Shown here: positions 17,643 through 27,752 of the stretch, in pieces
How positions within the stretch are numbered: the first letter of the stretch is position 1
How the letters are laid out: the number at the start of each line of letters is the position of its first letter
NCBI GenBank assembly: GCA_016192915.1
Contig: JACPTF010000002.1
Coordinates: 131,530 to 195,529 of the forward strand
Direction of reading: 5' to 3'
Source of the DNA: Candidatus Woesearchaeota archaeon
GTDB taxonomy: Archaea > Nanobdellota > Nanobdellia > Woesearchaeales > UBA10216
Length of the DNA stretch: 64,000 bases
The notes under the pieces: generated by a model
Databases searched by the model: none
What the model saw: only the letters and a program-made list of their open reading frames with translations
Told to the model about the DNA's origin: nothing
Translations under genes and position numbers: made by a program

Positions 17643-19034
17643 TTACTCCACTGACTTTGTCATCTTGACGTCCCTAACCAGCACAGCAGGCGTAATGGTG
17701 GGGATTTCAACCTCCCATCCAAAAACAGGCTCTGGCTCTGAGCCAACCGCGGCAACATTCTTCAAAATCCTTATCAGGTTGTCATTTATCCTTAGCTCCT
17801 TTACAGGGCCGGTGACCTTCCCGTTCTCTACCAGGAACATGCCATCTCGGGGTATTGTTGAAAAATCCCCCGCCTCATAGTTCTGGAACCTGGTGTACCA
17901 GACATTGGTAATAATCAGCCCGCGCTTTACCTGCCTTATCATTTCCTCCTTATTAAATTTTCCATTCTGCAAAATAATGTTGAACGGAAGCGGGGTCACA
18001 AGGCCGGCATTTGCCGTAGTTTTTACCTTGTGCCTGTTCGCGGTTGAAGTGTTGTGCAGGTAAGTCTTCAGGACACCCTTTTCAATGATGGTGTTTTTCC
18101 TTGTTGGGACCCCTTCCTCGTCAAACCTCACGCTGTCAAAGCCGTTTGGCAGGGTTCCATCATCAACCAAAGTTACATTGCCACTGCCAACCTTCTTGCC
18201 AAGCTTGCCTGAGAAGCAGGAAAGCTTCGACTCCACATTAAATATTGAGGCCGCCTTCCCCACGCTTTCCAAAATGTTCGCGAACGGCAATGGCGCAAAA
18301 ACCACGTCGTATGTTCCCGGAACTCCATGCCCTGGGTTGACAGCCTGCTTGGCAATTACGGCAGCCCTTTCAGCGCTGGCTTCAGGAGTAAATCTCCTTA
18401 AAACCCTTGCGTTACATATGTGATGGCCAGAGGCGTACTTGTCAACAAAAGCCCTTACAGAAAAATAAGCCTTCGTGCCCTTATCCTCGGCCTCAACACC
18501 GTTTGAAGTGAGAAGGTAAGTGTTGAAAAAAGTTGTCTCAAAAACCCCTGCTGTGCGCTTTGCGCCGTTCCTGTGAGCAACGCTTATGGCCCCTTTGAGG
18601 AGGTCAATGCCCGTTTCACCGAGCTCAACTATGCTTTTGTCGTACGTTTCTGAAATGCCTGCATAGTTGAAAGGCCCCTCCGCAATTCCTGTGTATTCCT
18701 TATTTGGGAGAGCGGCAGCGGCAAACTTGAGCATCCTGCCGATAGCGTCATCAACAGCTTTTGTAGAAAGATCCCTTACGCTTGTGCCTATGAGCTTCTT
18801 GTCAATGGCCAAAAATATGTTCAGTTTGTCAGAATGCCACGTTTGTGTGGTGCTTATCATGCTGTTGGCAAACTTCAGCTGAGTGGCATCCTCGCTTACA
18901 GCAGAGACCACAACATCATCAGCACCTTTTTTCTTTAGCTGCCTGACCAAATAAGCAGCTATTGAATGCGCATCGTTACCTTTCGCGTTAGTTTCAGCAG
19001 GTGCAACAACAATTTTCCCCTGTGTTTTTCCCAT
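17643..19034 (-). CDS. tldE: TldE/PmbA family protein
   Basis: FDEEGVPT, LKTYLHN, TTANAG, GDFSTIPR; no HExxxH; overlaps tldD stop. Confidence 0.85.
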   Translation of the reverse strand: MGKTQGKIVVAPAETNAKGNDAHSIAAYLVRQLKKKGADDVVVSAVSEDATQLKFANSMISTTQTWHSDKLNIFLAIDKKLIGTSVRDLSTKAVDDAIGRMLKFAAAALPNKEYTGIAEGPFNYAGISETYDKSIVELGETGIDLLKGAISVAHRNGAKRTAGVFETTFFNTYLLTSNGVEAEDKGTKAYFSVRAFVDKYASGHHICNARVLRRFTPEASAERAAVIAKQAVNPGHGVPGTYDVVFAPLPFANILESVGKAASIFNVESKLSCFSGKLGKKVGSGNVTLVDDGTLPNGFDSVRFDEEGVPTRKNTIIEKGVLKTYLHNTSTANRHKVKTTANAGLVTPLPFNIILQNGKFNKEEMIRQVKRGLIITNVWYTRFQNYEAGDFSTIPRDGMFLVENGKVTGPVKELRINDNLIRILKNVAAVGSEPEPVFGWEVEIPTITPAVLVRDVKMTKSVE

Positions 19035-20485
19035 TAAAAGCTCAGCCTCACATTTCTTATTCGCATGCTCGGGCCGCCAAACCAGACAGGTATTGCCTGC
19101 ATGGGCTCAGCCTTGCCGCAAGTTCCGGCATGGTACTCCATATTGCCTGCTACCGCATCAACAGAGCTCCAGAGCTTTGGGGTTGAAATTTCTATAGTTG
19201 GCCTCCATACTGGCTCGGCTAGCTTCCCATTCCTTATAATATATGCCTCTGCGCCCGTATACTTGGCGTTCAGGCGCTTGTCATCAATGTTCCACTCCAT
19301 GAAATTCTTCAGGAAAACACCATGCTTAACAGACTCAATCAGCTCGGCCTCATCGTAATCTCCGGGCTTAACAATGGAATTCGCCATCCTTACAATAGGC
19401 TCGCGGTCGTAGCCTGTTGCTCTGGCTGAGCCATTGCTCTTGCAATTAAGAACTGCCGCTGTTTCGCGGTTGTGGAGAAGCCCCGTTATTATTCCTTTTT
19501 TTATAAGCCAGCGCTCCCGCGCCTTCACACCCTCGTCATCGTAAAGGTAATACCCAAAGCTGCCTTGGATGGTCGGGTCATCAACTATGTTGACAGCAGG
19601 AGAGCCAATCCTCGTGCCAAGCATGTTCGCTGAGATGAAAGACTCACCAGCCTGTGCCGCCTCCCTTCCCAAAACCCTGTCAGCTTCATAAGGGTGGCCG
19701 ACGCTCTCATGAACCATAATGCCAGTTATCTGTGGGGCAACAACAAGGTCAATCTTGCCCTTCGGAGGAGCTACAGCTTTTTTCAAGTTTGTATAAGTTG
19801 CCTTTACCTCACCAGCAAGCACTTTAGGAAAGTTATAATCATAAATCTTTTCAAAGCCGCCGGCTGCACCGTACTGCCAGTACCTCTGCGCAGTCCTTTC
19901 TGCTTCCTCAACCGTGATAAAATACCAGAAGTCTGTCCTTGGAATTTTTGAAAGGACGCGGCTGCCCTCACTATTGGCAAAATACCTTTCTGTGTAAAAA
20001 TCCGACATTGAAAAAAATCTTCCAGGGACATTAACCTTTGTTGATTTTATGGCCTTTTCCGCATCAAAAAGCACCTTCAGCTTTTCCTTAGGGCTCAAAT
20101 CATCCAGCTTCACCTTCTGCTTTACCGCATAACTGCCAACCTCGGCCTTCTCGTGGCTGAATTTCACCTTTCCCCCTATAATTGCGGCTGCAGCCGTAAT
20201 CTTAGCGGCTTTTTCAATAACCTTTCTCACATTCTCCTTCGAAATGTCGTTGGTTGATGCAAAGCCCAAAGTGCCATTCATAACAACCCTGATGCCAATG
20301 CCTGAGACCCTGTCAAAGCCTGCAACCTGAGGCACGCCGTTCTTCAGAACAAAGCCATTGACCTGCGTGGATTCAAGACGGGCATCGGCATAGCTCGCGC
20401 CAATCTTCCTCGCATGCTCAATAGCAGAATGTGCAATGTCAATGTCAAGAGCATCTTCAGACTTAACAGCAGATTTAGCAAGCAT
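19034..20485 (-). CDS. tldD: TldD family metalloprotease
   Basis: HESVGHPYEAD, YDDEGV, CGK, GGP; GGGGGA SD. Confidence 0.9.
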   Translation of the reverse strand: MLAKSAVKSEDALDIDIAHSAIEHARKIGASYADARLESTQVNGFVLKNGVPQVAGFDRVSGIGIRVVMNGTLGFASTNDISKENVRKVIEKAAKITAAAAIIGGKVKFSHEKAEVGSYAVKQKVKLDDLSPKEKLKVLFDAEKAIKSTKVNVPGRFFSMSDFYTERYFANSEGSRVLSKIPRTDFWYFITVEEAERTAQRYWQYGAAGGFEKIYDYNFPKVLAGEVKATYTNLKKAVAPPKGKIDLVVAPQITGIMVHESVGHPYEADRVLGREAAQAGESFISANMLGTRIGSPAVNIVDDPTIQGSFGYYLYDDEGVKARERWLIKKGIITGLLHNRETAAVLNCKSNGSARATGYDREPIVRMANSIVKPGDYDEAELIESVKHGVFLKNFMEWNIDDKRLNAKYTGAEAYIIRNGKLAEPVWRPTIEISTPKLWSSVDAVAGNMEYHAGTCGKAEPMQAIPVWFGGPSMRIRNVRLSF

Positions 20486-20555
20486 AAAAAAATCCCCCGA
20501 AATAAACAAAAAACTTAACTCCCGCAGCACAGCAGGTATATAAAGTTTATTGGCA

Positions 20556-20590
20556 TGACCTTCTTTGAAAAAGAAGGTCAATCAAGAAAT
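20556..20590 (+). repeat. Family B palindrome plus tail
   Basis: TGACCTTCTT-TGAAA-AAGAAGGTCA-ATCAAGAAAT just past the tyrS stop. Confidence 0.85.
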
Positions 20591-20595
20591 CACTT

Positions 20596-21672
20596 CTATC
20601 TTGTCACTTCAAAACTCCTGACCTGCTCCAGAAGCTTTTTTGCCTTAGAGTTTGTTGCAAAGTGCTTCCTAACAGGCTCCAAAAGCTCATTAAGCTTATC
20701 AGAAACAGCATTCTTCAGGTCCATTGGGTGAACTTTCCCTTCGGAGTAAAGCTTTTCCAGCTCGCTATAGCCGCCAACATTCAAGCTGCCGCCATACTTC
20801 TCAGCCCTCTTTATTTCAAGCGAATCAAATTTCTCAAAGACGATATAGCGGCAGTATTCCATGATGGGATTCTCGTCAACCTTCCTCTCAGGGCAGTAAG
20901 CCTTGCCGATTTTTCTTTTCACATCCTCTTCAGAGTCTGTCATGAAGATAGCAGTGTCAGGCTTTGACTTTGACATTTTCAAATCAAGCAGCCTGTCATC
21001 CGGGTCTTTGTAACTTGTTTTTGGCTCTCCTAAGCCAAGAATCATGTGGTGGCTTACCACAACCGGCTTCCAGAAGCCAAGCTTCGGCCCAACCTCCCTT
21101 GCAAGGATGTTGACTTTCCTCTGGTCTTTCCCCAGCTGGCAAATATCACATTTAAGATGGAAAATGTCGGCTGCTTGCATGCACGGGTAAATTATCTGTG
21201 CCGCGCTTAAACTCTCCGTGCTCCTCCTGCCCATAATCTGGCTTGTCCTTAAAATCCTCTGAACAGTAGATGCCCTCGCTATGTCAATCGTTGTCTTCCA
21301 GTGACCCTCTTGCCTTACCAAATCCTTTGACCAGATAAACTCAACGCCTTCTATATTCATACCACAGGCTTTCCATACTTCAATCAGGTAGTCCCCTGTA
21401 GTCCTTATCTTTTCCAAGTCGCCACCAAGCTTGTTGTTCATCCATGCGAACCAATCTGCAACAAGCATCTTGAATTTACAGCCTGCCTTTAGCATTTTGT
21501 TGACATTGATTGTTCTCAGAATCCCTTGGGCAATGTGTGCTCCTCCCGAAGGCTCAAAGCCGTCATACGCTATTGGGTGGTCCTTTGCCTCAAGAAGCTG
21601 CCTGAGCTCATCAACAGTTATTATCTCCTCTCCAACTTCTTTAATTACAGATAGCCTTTCCTCAATATCCAT
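20596..21672 (-). CDS. tyrS: Tyrosine--tRNA ligase
   Basis: YDGFEPSG, HIAQG, YPCMQAAD, DQRKVN, KMSKS. Confidence 0.96.
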   Translation of the reverse strand: MDIEERLSVIKEVGEEIITVDELRQLLEAKDHPIAYDGFEPSGGAHIAQGILRTINVNKMLKAGCKFKMLVADWFAWMNNKLGGDLEKIRTTGDYLIEVWKACGMNIEGVEFIWSKDLVRQEGHWKTTIDIARASTVQRILRTSQIMGRRSTESLSAAQIIYPCMQAADIFHLKCDICQLGKDQRKVNILAREVGPKLGFWKPVVVSHHMILGLGEPKTSYKDPDDRLLDLKMSKSKPDTAIFMTDSEEDVKRKIGKAYCPERKVDENPIMEYCRYIVFEKFDSLEIKRAEKYGGSLNVGGYSELEKLYSEGKVHPMDLKNAVSDKLNELLEPVRKHFATNSKAKKLLEQVRSFEVTR

Positions 21673-21823
21673 GGTAGCCGCTGCCGAACCAAACGATATA
21701 AATCTTTTTGTTTTCCTCGAAAGTGTTACGGCAAAAGCGAATACTTTCCGAAAATGAGCCCCACTGGACACTGGACAGACCCGGGCAAGGTATTTAAACC
21801 CAAGCAACAAATTACAGCAGCAT

Positions 21824-22660
21824 ATGGAAGAATTTAAAGTAGCAGCAGCTGAAATAGTAGCTGAAGCTACTCAGGCCATGATTTCAGTCACTGACCTGAC
21901 TTCCTTCATGTATTGCCCAAGGGTGCTTTACCAGCAAAAGGTTCTGGGTTATGAGGAAAAGCCAACTGCAGCAATGGTGCTCGGGGCTATAAGGCATAGC
22001 TTCCACGACTTGGCGAACAAATACGAAGAAGCGATAGTCGTTGGCATGCCGCAGGAGATGGCGCACGACGAAACCATAGCAGCTTACGCAAGAACGTACG
22101 AAAACCTAATCAAATCGGCAGTCATGAGCCGTGCAAAATCGCTTGCGTTGTTTGACATCCAGCCATTTCAAATCCTTCCGCAGCTGCAGCAGCTGGCTGC
22201 AGCCGAGGCGCACGAGCGGGCTGTCAATGTCCACAGGTTTTCCACAACGCACAACGTGTTCGGGGAGGAGCTATGGCGGCTTCTCACGCCAAAGATATTC
22301 ACTGAAGTCAGGGTAAGGTCGCAGCCGCTAAGGCTCAAAGGCGTAGTTGACAGGGTTGAGGTCTACGAGAACTCTGTCCTGCCAATAGAGCTGAAGACAG
22401 GAAAAATGGCTCACGATGGCGTCTGGCCCTCCCACAGAGTCCAGGTTGCCGCTTATATGATGCTTCTGCAGGAAAAGTTCAATACGGCAGTTACAAAAGC
22501 TGTTGTAAGATACCTTGACCACAACAGCAGCAAAACTGTGGTGATGAACCCCTATATGGAGTTGGAGGTCAGGGAACTGACTGAGAAAGTGATAAGGCTG
22601 CTGCAAGGCGAAACAGTGCCTAAGCCATGCGGAAGGGAAAGCTGCAACTGCAGCCGCTAA
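21824..22660 (+). CDS. Stand-alone Cas4-like PD-(D/E)xK nuclease
   Basis: YCPR, GxxxH, GVVDRVE, IELKTG, QVAAY, three C-terminal Cys; no array or cas1 nearby. Confidence 0.85.
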   Translation: MEEFKVAAAEIVAEATQAMISVTDLTSFMYCPRVLYQQKVLGYEEKPTAAMVLGAIRHSFHDLANKYEEAIVVGMPQEMAHDETIAAYARTYENLIKSAVMSRAKSLALFDIQPFQILPQLQQLAAAEAHERAVNVHRFSTTHNVFGEELWRLLTPKIFTEVRVRSQPLRLKGVVDRVEVYENSVLPIELKTGKMAHDGVWPSHRVQVAAYMMLLQEKFNTAVTKAVVRYLDHNSSKTVVMNPYMELEVRELTEKVIRLLQGETVPKPCGRESCNCSR

Positions 22661-22777
22661 AACAAGCAACACAACATTTAAATATAAGCTCTGCCCAGAA
22701 AAACACCATTTCATTAGCATTATAGAATAGTAACTGAATCATCATTCACGGCATTCGTGGGTTGCAGGGTGTTTTTT

Positions 22778-23041
22778 ATGGCAGAAGATGATAAAAAGTT
22801 CTCCAGGCAGGTTATTGGCAAGATTGTTGTAAGCAAATCAGGAAAAAGATTTGGCGAAGTTGCAGACATAGTGTTTGAAACTAAAACGGGAGAGCTGATT
22901 CACCTTGTCCTGGCGAACCCGACACCGTACATCCAGAAGCTGGAGCTTGAGCGGGATGGTGAAGGTAACATACTTATCCCCTTCAGCGCAGTAATGGCGA
23001 TGGGTGATTTCTTGGTTATATCTGAAGAAGACATTGTATGA
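22778..23041 (+). CDS. PRC-barrel protein (CdpB-like)
   Basis: GKIVVSKSGKRFGEVADI, IPFSAVMAMGDFLVI. Confidence 0.88.
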   Translation: MAEDDKKFSRQVIGKIVVSKSGKRFGEVADIVFETKTGELIHLVLANPTPYIQKLELERDGEGNILIPFSAVMAMGDFLVISEEDIV

Positions 23042-23073
23042 CCCTTTTAAGAAAAGAGGTCAATCAGAAAACT
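23039..23073 (+). repeat. Family B palindrome plus tail, supplying the TGA stop of the PRC-barrel gene
   Basis: TGACCCTTTTAAGAAAAGAGGTCAATCAGAAAACT. Confidence 0.8.
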
Positions 23074-23147
23074 AAACTACTTGTATGTCAATCAAAAATA
23101 ATTCTTCTACGAAACCTTTATATTGCATTCCACCTCCCGCAATCGCA

Positions 23148-24107
23148 ATGGACAGCGCGTTGTGGGCGGAGAAATACAGGCCTTCTAGTTTCAGGGATAT
23201 GATAGGCCAGGAAGACGTAGTAAAAAGACTGGAGGCGTTTGTCAAGCACCAGAATCTGCCGCACCTTCTTTTTGCGGGGCCGCCAGGGGTTGGCAAGACG
23301 TCAATGGCATTAGTAATAGCAAAACAGCTGTACAAGGGCGACTGGCGCCAGAACATTATTGAGCTTAACGCAAGCGATGAAAGAGGTATAGACATTATCA
23401 GAACCAAGGTTAAGGACTTTGCGCGCACCAAATCAATCGGGCAAGTGCCCTTCAAAATGTGCATCCTTGACGAATCAGACTCGCTAACAAGGGAGGCACA
23501 GCAGGCCCTTCGCAGAACAATGGAAAACTACACCTCAACATGCAGGTTCGTCCTGCTGGCCAATTACTCGTCTAAAATAATTGAGCCAATCCAGAGCAGA
23601 TGCGCGGTATTCAGGTTCAAGCCGCTTTCTGATTCTGAGATCATAAAAATAATTGAAACAGTGGCTGCTGCAGAAAACCTTGTTGTTGGCGATAAGGCAA
23701 GAAAAGCCCTTATTGAGGTCTCAGAAGGCGACTGCAGGAAGCTTGAGAACGTGCTGCAAAGCTGTGCAGTAATGTCCTCTGCAATAACAGAGGACCTGAT
23801 TTACGCAATAGCAAGCGTTGCAAGGCCAAAAGAGGTAAAGGAAGTGATTGAGCTGGCGTTTTCAAACAACTTTCAAAAGGCAAGGGACAAGCTTCTTGAA
23901 ACAATGCTTGCCCACGGCCTGTCTGGATTGGACATTATCAAGCAGCTGCAGAAAGAGGTACTCGACAGTGCCATAGAGCCTAAAAAGAAGCTCGCCCTGG
24001 TTGAAAAGTGCGGCGAGATAGAGTTCAGGATGAGCGAAGGCGCAGACGAGTTTGTGCAGCTTGAAGCCCTGTTGAGCCAAATCGCGCTCGCTGGGTTAAA
24101 AGAGTAG
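23148..24107 (+). CDS. rfcS: Replication factor C small subunit
   Basis: WAEKYRP, GPPGVGKT, ELNASDERG, LDESD, IQSRC; no intein. Confidence 0.96.
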   Translation: MDSALWAEKYRPSSFRDMIGQEDVVKRLEAFVKHQNLPHLLFAGPPGVGKTSMALVIAKQLYKGDWRQNIIELNASDERGIDIIRTKVKDFARTKSIGQVPFKMCILDESDSLTREAQQALRRTMENYTSTCRFVLLANYSSKIIEPIQSRCAVFRFKPLSDSEIIKIIETVAAAENLVVGDKARKALIEVSEGDCRKLENVLQSCAVMSSAITEDLIYAIASVARPKEVKEVIELAFSNNFQKARDKLLETMLAHGLSGLDIIKQLQKEVLDSAIEPKKKLALVEKCGEIEFRMSEGADEFVQLEALLSQIALAGLKE

Positions 24108-24172
24108 GGATTTGCCAATTTAGCAAAGATTAAATACCTGTCTAAGCCAATAATTGCCAGTCAACAGGCAAA

Positions 24173-26779
24173 ATGGGATTCAGAAAAGAAAAAGAGGTCA
24201 AAAGAGACAATTCCGGAAAGCCGGAGGAATCCGGTTTGGTTTACAAAGTTTACCCCCCTTTTGGGCAGCCACAAAACGGATACGACTCTTCATATGAATT
24301 CAAGCTCAAACAGCTTTCGGCCCAGCTTCTGCGAAAGAACGTAGACCTTGAAAGGCTGCGGGATTATGTGACGCAGCTTGAAGAAGGTGAAAAAGGGCTT
24401 ATTCAAGAGCTGACAAAACAGCTCGCCATTAAGGATGAAGAGATAAGCAGGGTTGCTTCCATTTACGCAAAAAAAGAGGCGGAAAACAGGAAGCTTTCAG
24501 CATTGCTTGAAACAAACGTTGTTTCCCAAAGGGAGCACGCCGAAAAAATAAAAGCTATTCTTGTCAAGAAAGAGGCAGAAACAAAGCAGCTTATCGATGG
24601 CCTTAGCGCGCAACTTGAAAAAAAGAACGCAGACATCACATCACTCAGGAAACAACTGCTGGAAAAGGCGTCAACAGAAAATTCAGCGATTTCCCAGCAA
24701 GAGTCAAGCTCCCCGCATCTCGAGCTGCTCGTGAAAGAGATTGAGCGCAGGAAAAAAGAAACCACGAACACAGAAAAGCTGCTGTTGGAAGAGCAAAGGC
24801 TTGCCAAAGAAGCAGAGCACAGATTCAGGCAGCAACTCACCGAAACACGGCAGCATGTTGAAGAGCTCAAAGTGATCCTGGTTGGAAAAGACAGCACAAT
24901 AGCGCAGCTTGAGTCAGCGATTGAGAAGAAATTCTTAGAGCTTGAGAGGGAAGCGCACAAAGCCAAAGCGGCAGCGCCGGTGGCAAGCTTCCCTTCTTAC
25001 GAGACTGAGAAATTTATTGAAAAGCTGCAGAAAGAGCTTAAGCACAAAAATGGAGAAATAAGCTCGCTTAACGAGCAGCTTGCCAAAAAGCTCGGCAGCA
25101 CCAGCTTCACGGGCTCAGAGGGAGGCAGGGGCCACGAACGAAGAATAGAAAAGCTTGAACAAGAATTAGAACAGAGCGGTAGTGAAATCAGAAAATTGGA
25201 TGAATCGCTGCTTGAGGAACAGAGGCTTGGCAAATCCATGCAATCACGGCTCAAGGAACAACTGGTACAAAAGAGCAGCCAGCTGGAAGAGCTCAAAACG
25301 CTCCTGATAGAGAAGGAAAAAATCGTGCGCAACCTCGAAACAGCTTTTGAGAAGAACCTGGCGGCGAAGGAAGAGCAGTTGCGCCATTTTAGGCAATCCG
25401 CAATTAAAAAGCCCGAGACGCACCTTCACCGCGAGCTCGACGAGCTAAAATCTGAGATTCACATCAAGGAAGAATCATCAAAGTTCATGGCAGAAGAGGT
25501 TGCAAAGCTCAAGGAGCAGGCAGCCCTCCTGCGCAAGCGGCTCGAAGAAAGGCAGCGCATATACTTCGAAAGTGAAAAGGCCTACGAAGAGCTTATAGCC
25601 AAGCTCAGGGAGCAGCACGACACCAGGGTAAAGTCGTTTTTGCAAGAGTCATCACAGAAAGAGTCAGCATTAAAAATAGCTCTTGAAGAGGAACGCGCAA
25701 AGCTGCAGCGCGAAACAGCCCTCATGAAAGAGAAGGAAACCCAGATTAAGGAAACGCTGCAAACATTTACTGTGACGTCGCATCAGCTGCTTAAGCTTCA
25801 AGGTGCAGGAATTGTCAGTGAAGCAGCAGGGCTTAACATCACTGAGCTGCTTGAAAAAGAGAAGCACCTTGCAAGCAAGGAAGAAGAGCTTAAACAGCTG
25901 CTTGCATCAACAGAAACAAAAATAGCAGAGCTAAAAGAGAGGGAAGCGGGCATAGGAAGAAAAGAGCAGATGCTGCTAAATGGGCAGGAAGCGCTTGCCA
26001 AAGAGCTGGAAATACTCGGCAGCGCAGGGGTTGAAATAGGAAGGTCAAGGCAGTACATACAGCAAAAGCTTGCCCAACTGAGCACATTTGAACAGCCGCA
26101 GCAAAGAATTCAGCAGCCGGCGGAAGCTACAGAGGCACCGGAAGACAGTTTCTTCACGCAAACGCCAAGATCAGGAACTGAACTGCAGACAACGGTCGAA
26201 GAGGCGCCTGAAGAAAACAAGATCAAGCCGCAAGATCCTGCAGAAACCATGATGGGGGGAAGAACAGTTGAAGAAGAGCTTCCAGGTGAGGCAGCTGCAG
26301 AGGATGAGGGCTTTGAGAGCATAAAGCCGCAAAGCATTTTGAAAAGGGCGCCGAAAGCGGGCAAGGAGGCGGGCGCAATAAAATCCAAACTGCAACAAAA
26401 AAAGGTAAAGCAAACCAAACTCAAACCAAAAGCGGCAGCGAAATTAGCTGCAAAACAGCAAAAATTGCCAATAAAGCAGCCAGAATATGTCACGGCCTTC
26501 AAAACAGCCACAGTCAAGCCTATTACAAAACAGCCGCCTAAAAAAACAGAGCAATCAACAGTTAAGGAAATGCCCATAGGCGCAAGGGAAGCAGCTGGGC
26601 GCGCCGAACAGGAACTATTCACGGAAATTGGCGGTTATTCTGAGCTCGATGAGATAAAGTCAATAGTTGATGTCGGTCTTCAGCACGGCGATTCCATTAA
26701 TCAGATTAGGGAATCATTACTGACTTCCGGCTATTCAAAGCAGAACATCGAGAAGGCGCTGGGCAGCGTTAAGAAGTGA
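24173..26779 (+). CDS. Large coiled-coil protein with low-complexity linker and small C-terminal helical domain
   Basis: E/K/L/Q heptad-rich over about 600 aa; no Walker motifs or TM segment. Confidence 0.8.
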   Translation: MGFRKEKEVKRDNSGKPEESGLVYKVYPPFGQPQNGYDSSYEFKLKQLSAQLLRKNVDLERLRDYVTQLEEGEKGLIQELTKQLAIKDEEISRVASIYAKKEAENRKLSALLETNVVSQREHAEKIKAILVKKEAETKQLIDGLSAQLEKKNADITSLRKQLLEKASTENSAISQQESSSPHLELLVKEIERRKKETTNTEKLLLEEQRLAKEAEHRFRQQLTETRQHVEELKVILVGKDSTIAQLESAIEKKFLELEREAHKAKAAAPVASFPSYETEKFIEKLQKELKHKNGEISSLNEQLAKKLGSTSFTGSEGGRGHERRIEKLEQELEQSGSEIRKLDESLLEEQRLGKSMQSRLKEQLVQKSSQLEELKTLLIEKEKIVRNLETAFEKNLAAKEEQLRHFRQSAIKKPETHLHRELDELKSEIHIKEESSKFMAEEVAKLKEQAALLRKRLEERQRIYFESEKAYEELIAKLREQHDTRVKSFLQESSQKESALKIALEEERAKLQRETALMKEKETQIKETLQTFTVTSHQLLKLQGAGIVSEAAGLNITELLEKEKHLASKEEELKQLLASTETKIAELKEREAGIGRKEQMLLNGQEALAKELEILGSAGVEIGRSRQYIQQKLAQLSTFEQPQQRIQQPAEATEAPEDSFFTQTPRSGTELQTTVEEAPEENKIKPQDPAETMMGGRTVEEELPGEAAAEDEGFESIKPQSILKRAPKAGKEAGAIKSKLQQKKVKQTKLKPKAAAKLAAKQQKLPIKQPEYVTAFKTATVKPITKQPPKKTEQSTVKEMPIGAREAAGRAEQELFTEIGGYSELDEIKSIVDVGLQHGDSINQIRESLLTSGYSKQNIEKALGSVKK

Positions 26780-26798
26780 ATGCTATTATTCTCCTCAT

Positions 26799-27284
26799 TC
26801 ACAACGACTTTAACAAAGCAGCAAACCTTGAATAAAGTTCTGTGGAGATGTAAAAACCATTTGCGACCATCCCGTCAAAAATGTCCATTGCTTCCTCTTT
26901 TGCAATAAACTTTCTGGAGCAAGCTAGAAAAAGGACGTAAAGAGCTCCGTGAGCTTCCACCCCTAATATGGAGGCGTACGATTTTGCTGAATCATCGTCT
27001 ATCAGCAAAACGGTTTTGTGCTTTGCAGCTAGTGATATGGCCTCTTTCTCGCCTCGCCCCATTTTTTCAGTGAGCAGCATTCTGTTAATGACAACATTTT
27101 CAACAGCAACCCATCCCTCCCCGATCGCCTTGCCTAGAGCCGCAGCTTCAGGACTGTCCTTTTTAACGCTCACTTCATCATAAACGCTTCTCGGGATAAG
27201 AACCTTTCCAAAGCATCTTTTTAGAAGGTTCAAAATACCCCGTTTTCCTAAAACAATAAGCGGCGAAGAGTTAGAAACCATCAT
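26799..27284 (-). CDS. PIN-domain toxin (DUF3368 type)
   Basis: VSNSSPLI, IPRSVYDE, GRGEKEAI, LLIDD. Confidence 0.88.
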   Translation of the reverse strand: MMVSNSSPLIVLGKRGILNLLKRCFGKVLIPRSVYDEVSVKKDSPEAAALGKAIGEGWVAVENVVINRMLLTEKMGRGEKEAISLAAKHKTVLLIDDDSAKSYASILGVEAHGALYVLFLACSRKFIAKEEAMDIFDGMVANGFYISTELYSRFAALLKSL

Positions 27285-27291
27285 TTTGCTT

Positions 27292-27609
27292 TTACGCCTT
27301 TAACGCCGCTTTAAAATCCTTCTCAAGCGAGCCCAGTGAATAGTTGAGCGGTATTTTCCTTTCCGCAGCCGCCTTTAAGAAGTCTGTCAGAGGCACCCTC
27401 GCCAACTCAGCCGCTCTTCCAAGAGAAACCAGTCTTTTTGAATACTTCCCCAACGCAAGCTCCAGAAGCTTCTCCCTTACGGCAGTAGACAGCAGTTCCC
27501 TTATCACTTTAGACTTGTCAGTGCCCTCTTCCCTGGCAACAGAGTCTATGTCTTTAACAACAGACTCCGGAACCCGCGCAGCAACATTCTCGTACACCTT
27601 AACCACCAC
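27292..27609 (-). CDS. UPF0175-family antitoxin (RHH-like N-terminus)
   Basis: KSKVIRELL, VSLGRAAELA; directly upstream of the PIN gene; CGTAAAC direct repeats in its promoter. Confidence 0.85.
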   Translation of the reverse strand: MVVKVYENVAARVPESVVKDIDSVAREEGTDKSKVIRELLSTAVREKLLELALGKYSKRLVSLGRAAELARVPLTDFLKAAAERKIPLNYSLGSLEKDFKAALKA

Positions 27610-27667
27610 TTAACGTAAACAAAAGCTAGTAATCGTAAACTTGTATTTAAATGTTTGGTTATTTTAG

Positions 27668-27752
27668 TTGAGGGCAATAGTTTCGCATATTTATTTTCCT
27701 CAAACAAAGTTTGGAAGGCATGACATTTTGTGTGCATTACTTATGTCTTCCA
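27668..27752. repeat. Family C-like double long-loop hairpin flanked by a 9-bp direct repeat
   Basis: Arms 27668-27679/27692-27703 and 27712-27723/27741-27752; TTATTTTAG at 27659-27667 and 27753-27761. Confidence 0.6.

Noticed and set aside
21711-21754. Hairpin between tyrS and the cas4-like gene as a T-box-like leader
   Set aside because: No T-box motif, and it lies upstream of the tyrS TATA box.
24173-26779. SMC/Rad50 annotation
   Set aside because: No Walker A/B, signature motif, hinge or zinc hook.
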